A DNA stretch of 64,000 nt, taken from the NCBI GenBank assembly GCA_964539365.1, contig CAZIIV010000003.1:8897-72896 (forward strand), written 5' to 3'. A program made the position numbers and the translations under genes. Shown piece by piece: positions 26,580-37,090 of this stretch. The number at the start of each line of letters is the position of its first letter. Position 1 is the first letter of the stretch. The stretch comes from an uncultured Desulfobacteraceae bacterium. GTDB taxonomy: Bacteria > Desulfobacterota > Desulfobacteria > Desulfobacterales > UBA11574. Below the pieces are notes generated by a model. It made no database searches and was not told where the DNA came from. It saw nothing but the letters and a program-made list of their open reading frames with translations.

Positions 26580-27630
26580 CCACTGCCTCCTTCAAATGAT
26601 GCACAACCCTGCGTATGTCTATGGATACGGGACAACTTCGAATACAGCGTCCACATCCGCAACAGGATATCATGCCGTTATATGTATCAGGAAAATAGGA
26701 GAATTTATGGCCAATCCGGTTGCGATACCGTTCAAATTTTTCGGGCCGTGGATTATGCCCGCCGGCTTCCAGGGTATAATGATAAAACATACAGGAGTCC
26801 CAGGAACGCAAGCGATCGCCGGTGAGATCCCTGGATTCATCTGTAATATTGAAACAATAACAGGTCGGACACACAAATGTACAAATTCCGCAACTAATAC
26901 ACTTTGAGACCATATCGCGCCAATAATCCATATCTTCAAAACGACCCGTGAAATCCCTTGCACTATGGGTTAAATCGTCCTCTCCCACTTGTTTGGTACT
27001 TACTTGTTCCTGAATTCGCCGAGCCGTTTCTATCTGTTCAGGCGTTGCCTGCTTTCCCATTACGGGAATCAGCTTCTCACCCTTTTCACCAAGTGCTTCA
27101 ACCACAAATCCGTCATCCACGGGAATAATCCAAAGATCACTGCCCTCCCTGTCTCCGGGACCGCTGCCCACCGATGAGCAGAAACAGGCACTGTCTTCCG
27201 TATCGCAGAGCAGAGTCGCAAACAGAGTTTTTTCTCTGCGTTGTTCATAATAGGGATCTTTATATCTGCCGTTAAGAAAGACTTGATCAAAAGTAAGAAA
27301 GCCGCGCACGTCACAAGGGCGCGCCCCGAAAACAAGGGCAGGGGATGTGTCTTGATGGTCTGTTAGATCAATATTCTGTTTGGACGGATCATTGTCATCC
27401 TTTTGATACCGGAAACGCAATAACGTTTCTACTTGCGGGAACAGTACATTTTTCGGACCTAATGTGCTTTGTCGGTTCAACACAACGATCTTGTCCTGGT
27501 GATAGGGTAAAAACCGAATCCCCCATTTTTCATCTCCCATCTCTACCGGAACCCAGACCTTCATTTCTTTGGAAAGACGCTTCAGCACGGCAGTCAGCTC
27601 ACCTTGAGCAATAAAGATTTTTTCGGACAT
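26566..27630 (-). CDS. flxB: 4Fe-4S dicluster protein (FlxB-like, AsrA/HydB-like)
   Basis: CISCGICTFVCPTCYC and CCGCGRCIRSCP motifs. Overlaps flxA by 14 nt. Confidence 0.75.
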   Translation of the reverse strand: MSEKIFIAQGELTAVLKRLSKEMKVWVPVEMGDEKWGIRFLPYHQDKIVVLNRQSTLGPKNVLFPQVETLLRFRYQKDDNDPSKQNIDLTDHQDTSPALVFGARPCDVRGFLTFDQVFLNGRYKDPYYEQRREKTLFATLLCDTEDSACFCSSVGSGPGDREGSDLWIIPVDDGFVVEALGEKGEKLIPVMGKQATPEQIETARRIQEQVSTKQVGEDDLTHSARDFTGRFEDMDYWRDMVSKCISCGICTFVCPTCYCFNITDESRDLTGDRLRSWDSCMFYHYTLEAGGHNPRPEKFERYRNRIGHKFSYFPDTYNGMISCCGCGRCIRSCPVSIDIRRVVHHLKEAVGAEV

Positions 27631-27651
27631 ACAGTATCCTTTTTCAGCGGA

Positions 27652-28620
27652 TTATATTCCCTTTTCACCGGGGTCAAAGGTCAGCAACGGCGGTTGTTTT
27701 TGAGGGTCAATTCCGGCTTCGTAGCCCAACAGCTCTTTTACGATTTGATTCAGTTTTTTTTTAATCAATGTTACGGGTATTTCCACGGGACAGACTCGTT
27801 GGCATTCGCCACATTCGGTGCAGCGTCCGGCAAGATGCATGGCGTGGATCATATGATAAAGAAATTTTTCCGTAAGATCGAAATGTTGCGAAAGCCACTT
27901 AGGTGTTCGGGTCTCCGCAATGCACCTGTCTCGGCACACACAGAGCGGACAGGCATTACGGCATGCATAACATCGAATACACCGGTCCAGCTCTTTTTCC
28001 CAAAATTTCAGGCGATCGGACAGCGAGTACTGTTCTATGTGTTCAATATCCCCATAAGCCTGGGCATCGCTCACACGAGGCGTTACGGGGTGGCCGATAA
28101 GACAATCGTAAATGACGGGATTGGGATAACGACACTGCAGGCATCTTTGCTCCAGTACCTGATGCAGCGGAAAACGGTATGTTTTTTGTGTTGTTTCAAC
28201 GCGCAGCTCATTGTCTTGAACGGTTACTTCCCGAACATCTTTTAAAGATGGCTCCAGACGCATGAGCCGGTGCCAATCCACCGTGCCGTCACAAGGGATA
28301 CCCACAATATAGAGCGTTTCCCGGGCAACAAATTTTTCCTGAATTAAAGCGATTAGAGAGCGGCTGTCGCATCCTTTGATACAAATGCCGATTTTTTTGT
28401 CATTTTCCCGGACGGAAGTGTTTGGAATTTTTGCTAAATAAGTACAAAGATTCTGAGAACACAGAGGATTCCAAACCATTCGATTAAGATCCTGTGCCTG
28501 GCGGATGAAACACGGGGTCGCATGTAACGCATCATAACCGGATTCCCAACCGAGCACAAAATCGAGTTTTTCGAAAACCTTTAAAAATTCTTCTTGTAAT
28601 GTTTTGGCCTTGTCTTCCAT
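27652..28620 (-). CDS. flxC: 4Fe-4S dicluster protein (FlxC-like)
   Basis: CIRCYACRNACPLCVC and CTECGECQRVCP motifs. Confidence 0.75.
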   Translation of the reverse strand: MEDKAKTLQEEFLKVFEKLDFVLGWESGYDALHATPCFIRQAQDLNRMVWNPLCSQNLCTYLAKIPNTSVRENDKKIGICIKGCDSRSLIALIQEKFVARETLYIVGIPCDGTVDWHRLMRLEPSLKDVREVTVQDNELRVETTQKTYRFPLHQVLEQRCLQCRYPNPVIYDCLIGHPVTPRVSDAQAYGDIEHIEQYSLSDRLKFWEKELDRCIRCYACRNACPLCVCRDRCIAETRTPKWLSQHFDLTEKFLYHMIHAMHLAGRCTECGECQRVCPVEIPVTLIKKKLNQIVKELLGYEAGIDPQKQPPLLTFDPGEKGI

Positions 28621-28628
28621 CTTTATGT

Positions 28629-29096
28629 TTAAAATGACATTCCTGCTTTTGCGTCAGTTTCTCCGTAAACGCCGGGGTTCGGTCCCAAACCATGAATGGT
28701 TTCGGAAAACTCTGTGACCACCTGTTGCCAGAGCTGTCCTTCGGAAGATGATACCCAGGTATACCGGAATCGATCCGTATGAATGCCCATAAACGGCAAA
28801 AATCGCTTCAGGACTTCCAGGCGACGCCTTGCATAAAAATTGCCCACGTTATAATGGCAATCATTTGGGTGACAGCCGGATACCAGCACGCCGTCAGCGC
28901 CGTAAATAAGGGCTTTGACAACAAACAGGGGATCCATGCGCCCGGTACATGGAATACGGATAATGCGTAAATCCGTGGGCTGGCTAAAACGGCACACACC
29001 GGCCGTATCCGCACCGCCATAGGAGCACCAGTTGCATAAAAATCCCACAATTTTCAAATTTTTTTTTGTTTCGGATTCCTCTTTGGAGTTAACCAT
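28629..29096 (-). CDS. flxD: MvhD-like (methyl-viologen-reducing hydrogenase delta subunit family) protein, FlxD-like
   Basis: KIVGFLCNWCSYGGADTAG signature. The ATG at 29096 overlaps the hdrA stop (GGCATGGTTAA). The longer ORF, starting at 29291, is an in-gene extension. Confidence 0.85.
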   Translation of the reverse strand: MVNSKEESETKKNLKIVGFLCNWCSYGGADTAGVCRFSQPTDLRIIRIPCTGRMDPLFVVKALIYGADGVLVSGCHPNDCHYNVGNFYARRRLEVLKRFLPFMGIHTDRFRYTWVSSSEGQLWQQVVTEFSETIHGLGPNPGVYGETDAKAGMSF

Positions 29097-31062
29097 GCCG
29101 TTCTCCAGCACATAACACATCGATTTCAGCAAGGATCTGATCATCCGTGCAATGTTGCAATTGTATGGCCTTGGGCGGACAGGTCGCGTTGCACAAGCCG
29201 CACCCCTGACACACCGTATCCAGAACTTGGGCCTTTTGTGATCCGTCCCGTAACGTCTTCCACTGGATGGCACCGAATGGACACACCTCAATGCATTTCC
29301 CGCATCCGATACAAACAGGGTCTATGACTTTGGCGATTTGCGGATCTGTTTCAATGGTATCCCGGGAGAAAAGCGCCTGAGTTTTTGCTGCTGCGGCACT
29401 CCCCTGGGCAACTGACGCCGGAATGTCTTTGGGACCCTGGCAGACCCCTGCAAGAAATACACCTGCGGTGTTGGTTTCCACAGGTCGTAATTTGGGATGG
29501 CTTTCCATATAAAAGCCATACTCGTCATAAGAAATGCGCAGTTTTTCGGCCAGCGCTTTTGCGCCGGCAGATGCACCCACACCGGTTGCCAGAACCACCA
29601 GATCGGCCTCAACCTCCATCTGTATACCGAGCAGAGTGTCTACTCCCTGAACAATAAGGTGTTCTCCCTGGGGATATATTTTCCCGACTCGTCCCCGGAT
29701 ATACTGAACCCCATACTCTTCCTGAGCCCGTCGCACAAACTCATCGTAATTTTTCCCCGTCGCACGGATATCCATATAAAATACATAGCAGTTGCACTCC
29801 GGGATATGATCTCGTGCCAATATCGCCTGTTTGGCAATGTACATGCAGCATATCCCCGAACAATACGGACGTCCGATGGAAGCGTCGCGTGATCCCACAC
29901 AGGCAATAAAAACAATATTTTTAGGCTCTTTTTTATCGGACGGACGAAGAATATTTCCACCATGCGGACCCGAAGCACTCACAAGTCGTTCAAATTGCAA
30001 TCCGGTGATGACATCCGGATAAAGTCCCCCCCCGTATTCGCCGTAAACCGAATGATCCACCAGATCAAACCCCGTGGAAACGATGATGGCGCCGACGTCT
30101 TCCACAACGGTTTCATCCTTCATATCAAATCGGATCGCGTCAACCGGGCAGAGTTTTTGACATACTTTGCATTTTTCTTTTGTCAGATACCAGCAATATT
30201 CCGGATCAATTCTTGCTTTCTTTGGGATTGCCTGGGGAAACGGGATATTGATGGCCGTTGTGGTATCCAGACCCTCATTAAACCCATCGAAAGATTTTTT
30301 TGCCGGACACTTTTCGGTGCACAGCCCGCAACCGGTACAGGCATCCCAATCTACATAAGTCGCTTTTTTCCGGATACCCACTTTGAAATTACCAATGTAA
30401 CCTGTTACCGATTCGATTTCACTATATGCATAGAGATGAATAATTTCATTTTGGACCACATCCACCATTTTCGGTCCCAGGATACATGAAGAACAGTCAA
30501 TTGTGGGAAACGTCTTGTCAAGTTTGGCCATCTTGCCGCCGATGGTGGATTCGCGTTCTACCATGACAACGTCTAATCCCCCTTCAGCACAATCCAGGGC
30601 GGCCTGGATACCGGAAATGCCTCCGCCAATGACCAGGACCCGTTTATTAATGGGAACCTGTGACGAAAAGAGCGGATGATTAAAACGCAATTTTTCCACT
30701 GACATTCGGACCAGGTCAACGGCTTTTCTCGTATTGGCCTCTATATCCTTGCTGATCCAGGAACAGTGCTCTCTGATATTGGCCTGTTCGAACATATACC
30801 GATTCAGGCCTGCTTTTTCCACGGCACGACGAAACGTAATTTCATGCATACGGGGGGAACACGCCGCCACCACCACGCCCTGGAGATTGTGTTTTTGTAT
30901 GGCCTCCTGGATTTCCTGCTGACCGGGTTCCGAACAGGTATACGTATAATCTGTGGCGTAAACCACATCCGGATATTCCAGAGTCTTGTGTGCTACTGCT
31001 TCCGTATCCACTGTAGCGGCAATGTTTGTTCCACATTTACAGATAAAAACGCCGATCCGCAT
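29089..31062 (-). CDS. hdrA: heterodisulfide reductase subunit A-like flavoprotein
   Basis: VLVIGGGISGIQAALD FAD motif, an inserted ferredoxin domain (CTGCGLCTEKCP, CKVCQKLCP) and a C-terminal one (CIGCGKCIEVCP, CQGCGLCNATCP). Confidence 0.92.
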   Translation of the reverse strand: MRIGVFICKCGTNIAATVDTEAVAHKTLEYPDVVYATDYTYTCSEPGQQEIQEAIQKHNLQGVVVAACSPRMHEITFRRAVEKAGLNRYMFEQANIREHCSWISKDIEANTRKAVDLVRMSVEKLRFNHPLFSSQVPINKRVLVIGGGISGIQAALDCAEGGLDVVMVERESTIGGKMAKLDKTFPTIDCSSCILGPKMVDVVQNEIIHLYAYSEIESVTGYIGNFKVGIRKKATYVDWDACTGCGLCTEKCPAKKSFDGFNEGLDTTTAINIPFPQAIPKKARIDPEYCWYLTKEKCKVCQKLCPVDAIRFDMKDETVVEDVGAIIVSTGFDLVDHSVYGEYGGGLYPDVITGLQFERLVSASGPHGGNILRPSDKKEPKNIVFIACVGSRDASIGRPYCSGICCMYIAKQAILARDHIPECNCYVFYMDIRATGKNYDEFVRRAQEEYGVQYIRGRVGKIYPQGEHLIVQGVDTLLGIQMEVEADLVVLATGVGASAGAKALAEKLRISYDEYGFYMESHPKLRPVETNTAGVFLAGVCQGPKDIPASVAQGSAAAAKTQALFSRDTIETDPQIAKVIDPVCIGCGKCIEVCPFGAIQWKTLRDGSQKAQVLDTVCQGCGLCNATCPPKAIQLQHCTDDQILAEIDVLCAGERHG

Positions 31063-31073
31063 AGGGTCTCACC

Positions 31074-31982
31074 TTAAGCGCTTGTCGATTCGGTTTGATT
31101 CTCGGGTTGTTGAGATGTTTCCTTGAAGAGATCATCAGCACTGACAAACAGCTTGTCAAGGCCGAGCTTTTTAGGATCGATTCCCAGTGCAAACCCTAAA
31201 AGCTGGGTAATATACACCACCGGCATTTGGAATTTTGTATGCCAGTATCGGTTTACTTGAGACTGGCGTAAATCCAAATTCTGCTGGCATAACGGGCAGG
31301 CCACTGCTACGGCATGGGCACCCAACCGCCGGGCCATATCCAAAATCCTTCCGGTCAGTTTACCCACAATATGGTTTTGGGTGACCCCGTAGGCCGCCCC
31401 ACAACATTCGGTTTTATAGGGAAATTCGGGAATATATGCGCCCGTTGAAAGAAGCAATTCGTCCATTGAAATCGGATTTTCCGGGTCGTCAAATCGGACA
31501 AATTCCGGCGGTCGCGAAATCAGGCACCCATAATAGGGTACCACCACCTTATTGGTAAGCCGATAGCGTATCTGTTCACGGATTGTTTTAGGGCCGATAT
31601 TCTCGTATAGCAACTGCAGCACGGAAATCACTCGAATCTTTCCTGAAAAAGGCATTTGCAATATGTTTAAAAAGGAGTGTTTTTTTTCTTCATACTCTCT
31701 GAGGGCTCCTTTGAGGGCCTTTAGACAGCTCGGGCATGGCGTCATAACAACATCCAGCCCCATTTCCTGGGCCAATGAGAGGTTCCGTCCGGCCAAAGCC
31801 GCTCCGAGCAAAGGATCATATGAATGTGCCGGTGTTGACCCGCAGCAGTTCCAATCAGGAATCTCTACAAGTTCAATGCCCAAAGCGGCACACAATGCAC
31901 GGGTGGATTGATCATATTCGACAGCGGTTCCCGTGACAGAACATCCCGGATAATAGGCGATGCGTTTTGCGGTTTGATTCAT
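31074..31982 (-). CDS. hdrB: heterodisulfide reductase subunit B-like (two CCG domains)
   Basis: YYPGCS, DWNCCGS, YYGC and ECCGA motifs. Confidence 0.9.
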   Translation of the reverse strand: MNQTAKRIAYYPGCSVTGTAVEYDQSTRALCAALGIELVEIPDWNCCGSTPAHSYDPLLGAALAGRNLSLAQEMGLDVVMTPCPSCLKALKGALREYEEKKHSFLNILQMPFSGKIRVISVLQLLYENIGPKTIREQIRYRLTNKVVVPYYGCLISRPPEFVRFDDPENPISMDELLLSTGAYIPEFPYKTECCGAAYGVTQNHIVGKLTGRILDMARRLGAHAVAVACPLCQQNLDLRQSQVNRYWHTKFQMPVVYITQLLGFALGIDPKKLGLDKLFVSADDLFKETSQQPENQTESTSA

Positions 31983-31994
31983 AATGCCCTTTGC

Positions 31995-32576
31995 CTAAAC
32001 CAGGCTCTTTTTTTTTCGGTAATCTTCAAAACGCTTAAAAATATCATCAACTTGTTTGCGTCCATGAAGTCGGTGAGGTATTATGGACAGCTTGCCTTTC
32101 TTAAGCACCTTGGGCGCAAGATCTATATCCGTAAAAAATTTTTTGGCTTTAAGGTTGTATGTGGCCAGCAACCCGGTTTCGAACACACGCCCGAATATTT
32201 TTACGGAATTGATGAATTCGTCATAAAAAAGTTGAATATCTTTTATGGAAACCGTGCCTTGTTCAACCGAAAAAAAACGTAAGGTTTCCATAACGCGGGC
32301 GACATCAATATTGCAAGGACAGCGTGTTGTACAGGCCTGGCAGTCGGCACACAACCAGATAGAACGAGACCGCAATACAGCCTCCTTTTGACCGAGCTGT
32401 ATCAAGCGCATGATTTGATTGACCGGATAATCATAGACATACGTATAGGCACAACTTGCGCTGCAATTGCCGCACTGATAGCATTTGGAAATCTGTTGTC
32501 TGCTTTCTGTTTCGACTTGAGCGATAAAATTTTCATCACAATCCTTTGGCATCCGAAGGCCGTTTAAAAGTGTCAT
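31995..32576 (-). CDS. hdrC: heterodisulfide reductase subunit C-like
   Basis: CYQCGNCSASC and CADCQACTTRCP motifs in 193 aa. Confidence 0.9.
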   Translation of the reverse strand: MTLLNGLRMPKDCDENFIAQVETESRQQISKCYQCGNCSASCAYTYVYDYPVNQIMRLIQLGQKEAVLRSRSIWLCADCQACTTRCPCNIDVARVMETLRFFSVEQGTVSIKDIQLFYDEFINSVKIFGRVFETGLLATYNLKAKKFFTDIDLAPKVLKKGKLSIIPHRLHGRKQVDDIFKRFEDYRKKKSLV

Positions 32577-32618
32577 TGCGTATTATCCCTATTGATGCAA
32601 CATCCGATTTTTTCACGA

Positions 32619-33746
32619 TCAGGTGCTGCTTCCGTTGTAACCGAAATCGACCAATAATTGTTGAAACTCATATTTTACGCGCTGATACATGCGGGAGTTT
32701 TCTATGGCAAATGCACATTGTTGAGCAACGGCATTGGCAAACCGAATTTCTTCTTTACCGAAAGAGCGATCTCCTCCAGTGAAAATGGTCAGCTCTCCAA
32801 TGATTTTCTTTCGTACAATGAGAGGAATCGTAAGAATTTTGCGAATATTTTCTCTAATAATTTCTGCCCGAAATTCAATTCTAGGATCTGTGTTTACGTC
32901 ATCGATAACAATAATTTTATCGAGTGTTTCCTGATCCGCACCTCGTTTTTCCTTTATGGGTCCTATTTTTAAAAATTCTTCGCTCAGACCGTAAGATGCG
33001 GCCAGTTGCAATTGTTGTGTCTTGCTATCCAATAGACGTATCTGAGTACCGCGTGCTCCCAGTACATTTGTGATTTTGTTAACCGCAAGTTGCATAACTT
33101 TTTTTATGTTCAGCGTTGAGTTGATGGCGCTACTGATCTCTTGAAAACTGAGAAGGAATTGTCGTTCGCGCTCCAACAAATGATACACGCTGCGTCTCAT
33201 AATAAAAGACACCACGGCTCGACTGGTTATGGCTCTGGCAAATTTTACATCTTTTCGGGTAAGTTCCCCGACTTTATCATCAAACAGAGCAACCACCGAA
33301 ACATTTTCCTGATATACTTCGATGGGAAACAATAGAACGGAACCGATGCCTTCCGCAGTCATGGCTGTGTAGTCGAGGTTTTTTTCCATTTTCCGGATAT
33401 CCTTAATGACAAAGGTATCTTCCGGAATCCGCGAAAATATGCTTTCGGGAGAATCACTTAACTCAGAATAAATGAAATCTTCACTTAGCCCGAAACTGGA
33501 AACCAATTCCAGTTTTTTATCCTGGGAAAACTTCACTCTGATACTGCTGCGACCGAAATCGAGTGCTTCTGTCCGCCGTTCCACATGTTCTCCCTCAGGA
33601 GATTTTATTTTAATGAAACACCCCTTAATTTTAAGCGTTTCCGTTACAAGTCGTGTAACAAGATTTAATACCTTCCGCTCATCCGCCCCCTCGCATATGG
33701 CTCGGTTGGCTTCTGCAAATGGTGATAAGTAGTCTGGAGAGATCAT
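32619..33746 (-). CDS. Tandem GAF-domain protein with no recognisable output domain
   Basis: Two GAF-like halves: ...LVTETLKIKGCFIKI..., and ...AVNKITNVLGARGTQIRLLD...LTIPLIVRKKIIGELTIF...FANAVAQQCAFAIENSRMY. It ends 42 nt upstream of hdrC on the same strand. Confidence 0.7.
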   Translation of the reverse strand: MISPDYLSPFAEANRAICEGADERKVLNLVTRLVTETLKIKGCFIKIKSPEGEHVERRTEALDFGRSSIRVKFSQDKKLELVSSFGLSEDFIYSELSDSPESIFSRIPEDTFVIKDIRKMEKNLDYTAMTAEGIGSVLLFPIEVYQENVSVVALFDDKVGELTRKDVKFARAITSRAVVSFIMRRSVYHLLERERQFLLSFQEISSAINSTLNIKKVMQLAVNKITNVLGARGTQIRLLDSKTQQLQLAASYGLSEEFLKIGPIKEKRGADQETLDKIIVIDDVNTDPRIEFRAEIIRENIRKILTIPLIVRKKIIGELTIFTGGDRSFGKEEIRFANAVAQQCAFAIENSRMYQRVKYEFQQLLVDFGYNGSST

Positions 33747-33988
33747 ATGGTATAACTCCTTTCCAGCTAAATATTTTCATTCAGCATCTCATCGAATACC
33801 GATGATAAATTTTCTTTAACCTGTAACTCAAAACCTCCGGATGAACAACAGTTTTTGAAATTATCTTTAAAAAATGACTTGAATCACTCAAATACATTGC
33901 AAATTTTAGTTCTTGGCTGATAGAAATTTATATACGGAAATTCTCATGAAATATATTTCAAATTCTCATTCAATTTTGGAGGATGTCC

Positions 33989-35317
33989 ATGTCGAGCATA
34001 AAAGAGCTGACAAGACTCATGCAGGAACTTGACGATCAGCTTAGGGTTTGCATGCGATGTGGCATGTGCCAGGCGGTGTGCCCCCTGTATGCCCAGACCG
34101 GTCTTGAATCAGATGTGGCCCGCGGAAAATTGGCATTATTAGAGGGGCTTGTGCACCAGCTGTTCAAAGACCCCAAGGGTGTGAACGACCGTCTAAACAA
34201 GTGCCTTCTGTGCGGATCATGTGCCTCAAACTGCCCCAGCGGCGTGAGCGTTATGGAAATTTTCATTAAGGCACGTGCCATTCTCGCCGGCTTCATGGGT
34301 CTTTCTCCGGCAAAAAAAATAATTTTAAGGGGAGTGCTGTCCCAACCCGAGATTTTTGACGGAATGGTAGAATGGGGCTCTAAATTTCAGAAAATTTTTA
34401 CGCGACCGGCAAGCGATCCTATGGGCACATCCTGCGCCCGGTTTGTTTCACCGTTGCTTAAAGACCGGCATTTTAAACGACTTGCCCCGGTACCGTTTCA
34501 TCGTATAACCCCATTTTTAAATACTGATCCGAGCCGTTCCGAAATCAAAGTGGCCCTTTATGTGGGGTGCCTTATTGACAAGGTCTTTCCTGATATTGCC
34601 CGGGATGTTATCGATGTTTTAACTCATCACGGTGTGGGAATTTTTATGCCTGAGGGACAAGGCTGCTGCGGAATCCCGGCGATCTCTTCCGGAGATACCA
34701 AGACGTTCAATCGTCTTGTGCGTCACAACCTTAAAATATTTGATGCCGAAAAATTTGATTTTTTGGTTACTTCCTGTGCCACCTGTACGTCGACGATTAA
34801 GGAAATATGGCCCATGATGGCAGATAAACATTCCGGATATATTAAGAGCAGAGTAAAAAAACTTGCTCAAAAAACAATGGACATCAATCAATTCCTGGTA
34901 TCAAAGGTTGGAGTGGAACCTGTCAAATTTGATGATCCTATGGATTCCGTTACCGTAACCTATCATGACCCGTGCCATCTGAAAAAAATGTTAGGCGTGT
35001 TTGCCGAACCCAGAGCTCTTATTAAGGCCAACCCGGGATACCGGCTTAAAGAAATGCCTGAATCGGACCGGTGTTGCGGCCTTGGGGGAAGTTTTAATCT
35101 CCAATATTATGAACTTTCGGAGAATATCGGAAAATTAAAACTGGACAACATCAAGGCGTCCGGATGCCACGTTGTTGCAACCGGATGTCCGGCCTGTATG
35201 CTTCAGTTCTTTGATCTACTGTCAAAATCCGGTGACAATATCGTTGTTAAACATCCCATAGAAATTTATGCGGAACGAATAAGAAATTTCCCTGATACAG
35301 CCCGAGAGTCAGAGTAA
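33989..35317 (+). CDS. Fe-S oxidoreductase, GlcF/HdrD-like (2x[4Fe-4S] plus two CCG domains)
   Basis: CMRCGMCQAVCP, CLLCGSCASNCP, then YVGC...GCCG and YHDPCH...RCCGLGG. The ATG at 33989 has better SD spacing than 33983. Confidence 0.85.
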   Translation: MSSIKELTRLMQELDDQLRVCMRCGMCQAVCPLYAQTGLESDVARGKLALLEGLVHQLFKDPKGVNDRLNKCLLCGSCASNCPSGVSVMEIFIKARAILAGFMGLSPAKKIILRGVLSQPEIFDGMVEWGSKFQKIFTRPASDPMGTSCARFVSPLLKDRHFKRLAPVPFHRITPFLNTDPSRSEIKVALYVGCLIDKVFPDIARDVIDVLTHHGVGIFMPEGQGCCGIPAISSGDTKTFNRLVRHNLKIFDAEKFDFLVTSCATCTSTIKEIWPMMADKHSGYIKSRVKKLAQKTMDINQFLVSKVGVEPVKFDDPMDSVTVTYHDPCHLKKMLGVFAEPRALIKANPGYRLKEMPESDRCCGLGGSFNLQYYELSENIGKLKLDNIKASGCHVVATGCPACMLQFFDLLSKSGDNIVVKHPIEIYAERIRNFPDTARESE

Positions 35318-35517
35318 CCTGACAATGGATTCGGATAATCCTTTCAGTTCATGTTTATCTAAAATATCATAACCCCTTTCAATGATCGTAGAGTAAGAAA
35401 GTGAAATAAGCAGGTTCAATTTTATTGACATCAAGGCAATTGCCTGGTAACGTTACGACTATCCGGATCGGCCTTCAATGGAACCTAATATCTCCTTAAA
35501 ATACAATGGGTTGAGCC

Positions 35518-36009
35518 ATGAAGATCAATATCATAGACAATCTGGACGGAAAGATTGAACCTCTGAGCTATTCAGAAGCGGAGAAAATCACCGCATTGAT
35601 CAGGCAAAACACTCAGGACGTTAATCAAGGAGAGTATACTCCGGCTCAGCTCGAAAGATTAAATGCATTTGCAACGCCGGAGAAAATTCAGGAAGAAGTT
35701 AAGAGAGGCTACCTGGTTACGCTTTCGAACGATGAGGGAGATCTGATCGGGTGTGGGATTGTCGTCAGAAAGGGAATGAAGCTTATCATAAAAACAATTC
35801 AGGTCAAAACAGACTACTGCAGGAAGGGCTATGGCTCGATCTTATATAAGCATTGCGAAAATCGATTCAAACAAGCAGGCATGCATGAAATAGAAGTCGA
35901 AGTCCCCAAATTTCCACGGTCGGAAGCGTTCTACAAAAAACACGGATTCATCAAAACTTGGAATCCCACTCCCATGGATTTGTATTGTGCGATGTTCAAA
36001 TACCTTTGA
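35518..36009 (+). CDS. GNAT family N-acetyltransferase
   Basis: RKGYGSILYKHCENRFKQAGMHEIEV acetyl-CoA binding region in 163 aa. Confidence 0.75.
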   Translation: MKINIIDNLDGKIEPLSYSEAEKITALIRQNTQDVNQGEYTPAQLERLNAFATPEKIQEEVKRGYLVTLSNDEGDLIGCGIVVRKGMKLIIKTIQVKTDYCRKGYGSILYKHCENRFKQAGMHEIEVEVPKFPRSEAFYKKHGFIKTWNPTPMDLYCAMFKYL

Positions 36010-36298
36010 ACTGAAGCGTCTTTTGTCAAACCTGTCATCCCCCAAACCAGTGGAAATGTCAAAGTCAGCTCTACCTGATTCAGATAGAAGCGACTTGCCT
36101 TCCAGATACGGCGCTAAAATTCCAAATAACAATACTCAAACACCAAACAATATCAAAATTACAAATTCCAATGACCAACATACATCAATTTACCCGTCAA
36201 ATTTATGTCATTTTAAATTGCCTGCTCCCGATGAGTTTTTGAGATACTGCAAAAAATCAATGGGTTAATTTAGCAGGAGATCATAAGGAAAACTCAAA

Positions 36299-37087
36299 AT
36301 GAAATCTTTATTGAAAGACACAATCGAAATTACACAGGCGGCCGGGAATGTCATCATGCAGTATTACAAGTCCTCTTATGACATTGAAAACAAATCACCG
36401 GACAACCCGGTCACGGATGCTGATTATGCTGCCGATACGCTCTTGCATCACCGCCTAACCGTCCGGCTACCGGAAGCAGGTTGGTTGAGTGAAGAAACCG
36501 TTGACCAGCCTGACCGCTTGCAAAGAGAGAGGGTCTGGATCGTCGATCCTTTAGACGGCACCAAAGAATTTATTATGGGAATCCCGGAGTTTGCCGTTTC
36601 CGTTGCCTTGGTAGAGAATGGACAACCCGTTTTAGGGGTTATCTACAACCCGGCTTCCGACGAACTTTTCTATGGCATGCGCGGAGCCGGTGTATTCTTA
36701 AACGGCACCCGGGCGCAAGTTACAAAACGCAGCCAACTTAAGGGCGCCCAGGTCGATGCCAGCCGTTCCGAGTGCAAACGGGGTGAATTTAAACCCTTTG
36801 AAAATTTGTTGAAAATTCGAATAATGGGCAGCACCGCATACAAACTGGCGCGGGTGGCTGTTGGCTTGTGCGATGCATCTTGGAGTCGCGGGCCCAAAAA
36901 TGAGTGGGATATTTGTGCCGGTGTACTGCTCGTCACGGAAGCCGGGGGGCGTTGCGTAGAGCTAAATAATGCGCCTTTCATTTTCAATCGCCCAAACACA
37001 CTGGTAAGCGGATTTGTCGCCGATAATGGCCGATTGCATAATCGGATCATCTCAACAATAACCCCGTATGGCGCTGCAAGAACTTGA
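36299..37087 (+). CDS. inositol monophosphatase family protein (CysQ/SuhB-like phosphatase)
   Basis: PVTDADYAAD, LSEE, WIVDPLDGTKEF and WDICAG motifs. Confidence 0.85.
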   Translation: MKSLLKDTIEITQAAGNVIMQYYKSSYDIENKSPDNPVTDADYAADTLLHHRLTVRLPEAGWLSEETVDQPDRLQRERVWIVDPLDGTKEFIMGIPEFAVSVALVENGQPVLGVIYNPASDELFYGMRGAGVFLNGTRAQVTKRSQLKGAQVDASRSECKRGEFKPFENLLKIRIMGSTAYKLARVAVGLCDASWSRGPKNEWDICAGVLLVTEAGGRCVELNNAPFIFNRPNTLVSGFVADNGRLHNRIISTITPYGAART

Positions 37088-37090
37088 TAT

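Noticed and set aside
32577-32618. Sigma54 promoter (TGGCAC-N5-TTGCA) upstream of hdrC
   Set aside because: A TTGCA is present, but there is no correctly spaced GG element. The spacer to the GAF gene is only 42 nt, which favours co-transcription.
35987-36268. 93-aa ORF with an Asn/Thr/Gln-rich low-complexity sequence between the GNAT and IMPase genes
   Set aside because: The translation (NNNTQTPNNIKITNSNDQ) reflects A/C-rich repeat-like spacer DNA. It overlaps the end of the GNAT gene and has no start context.
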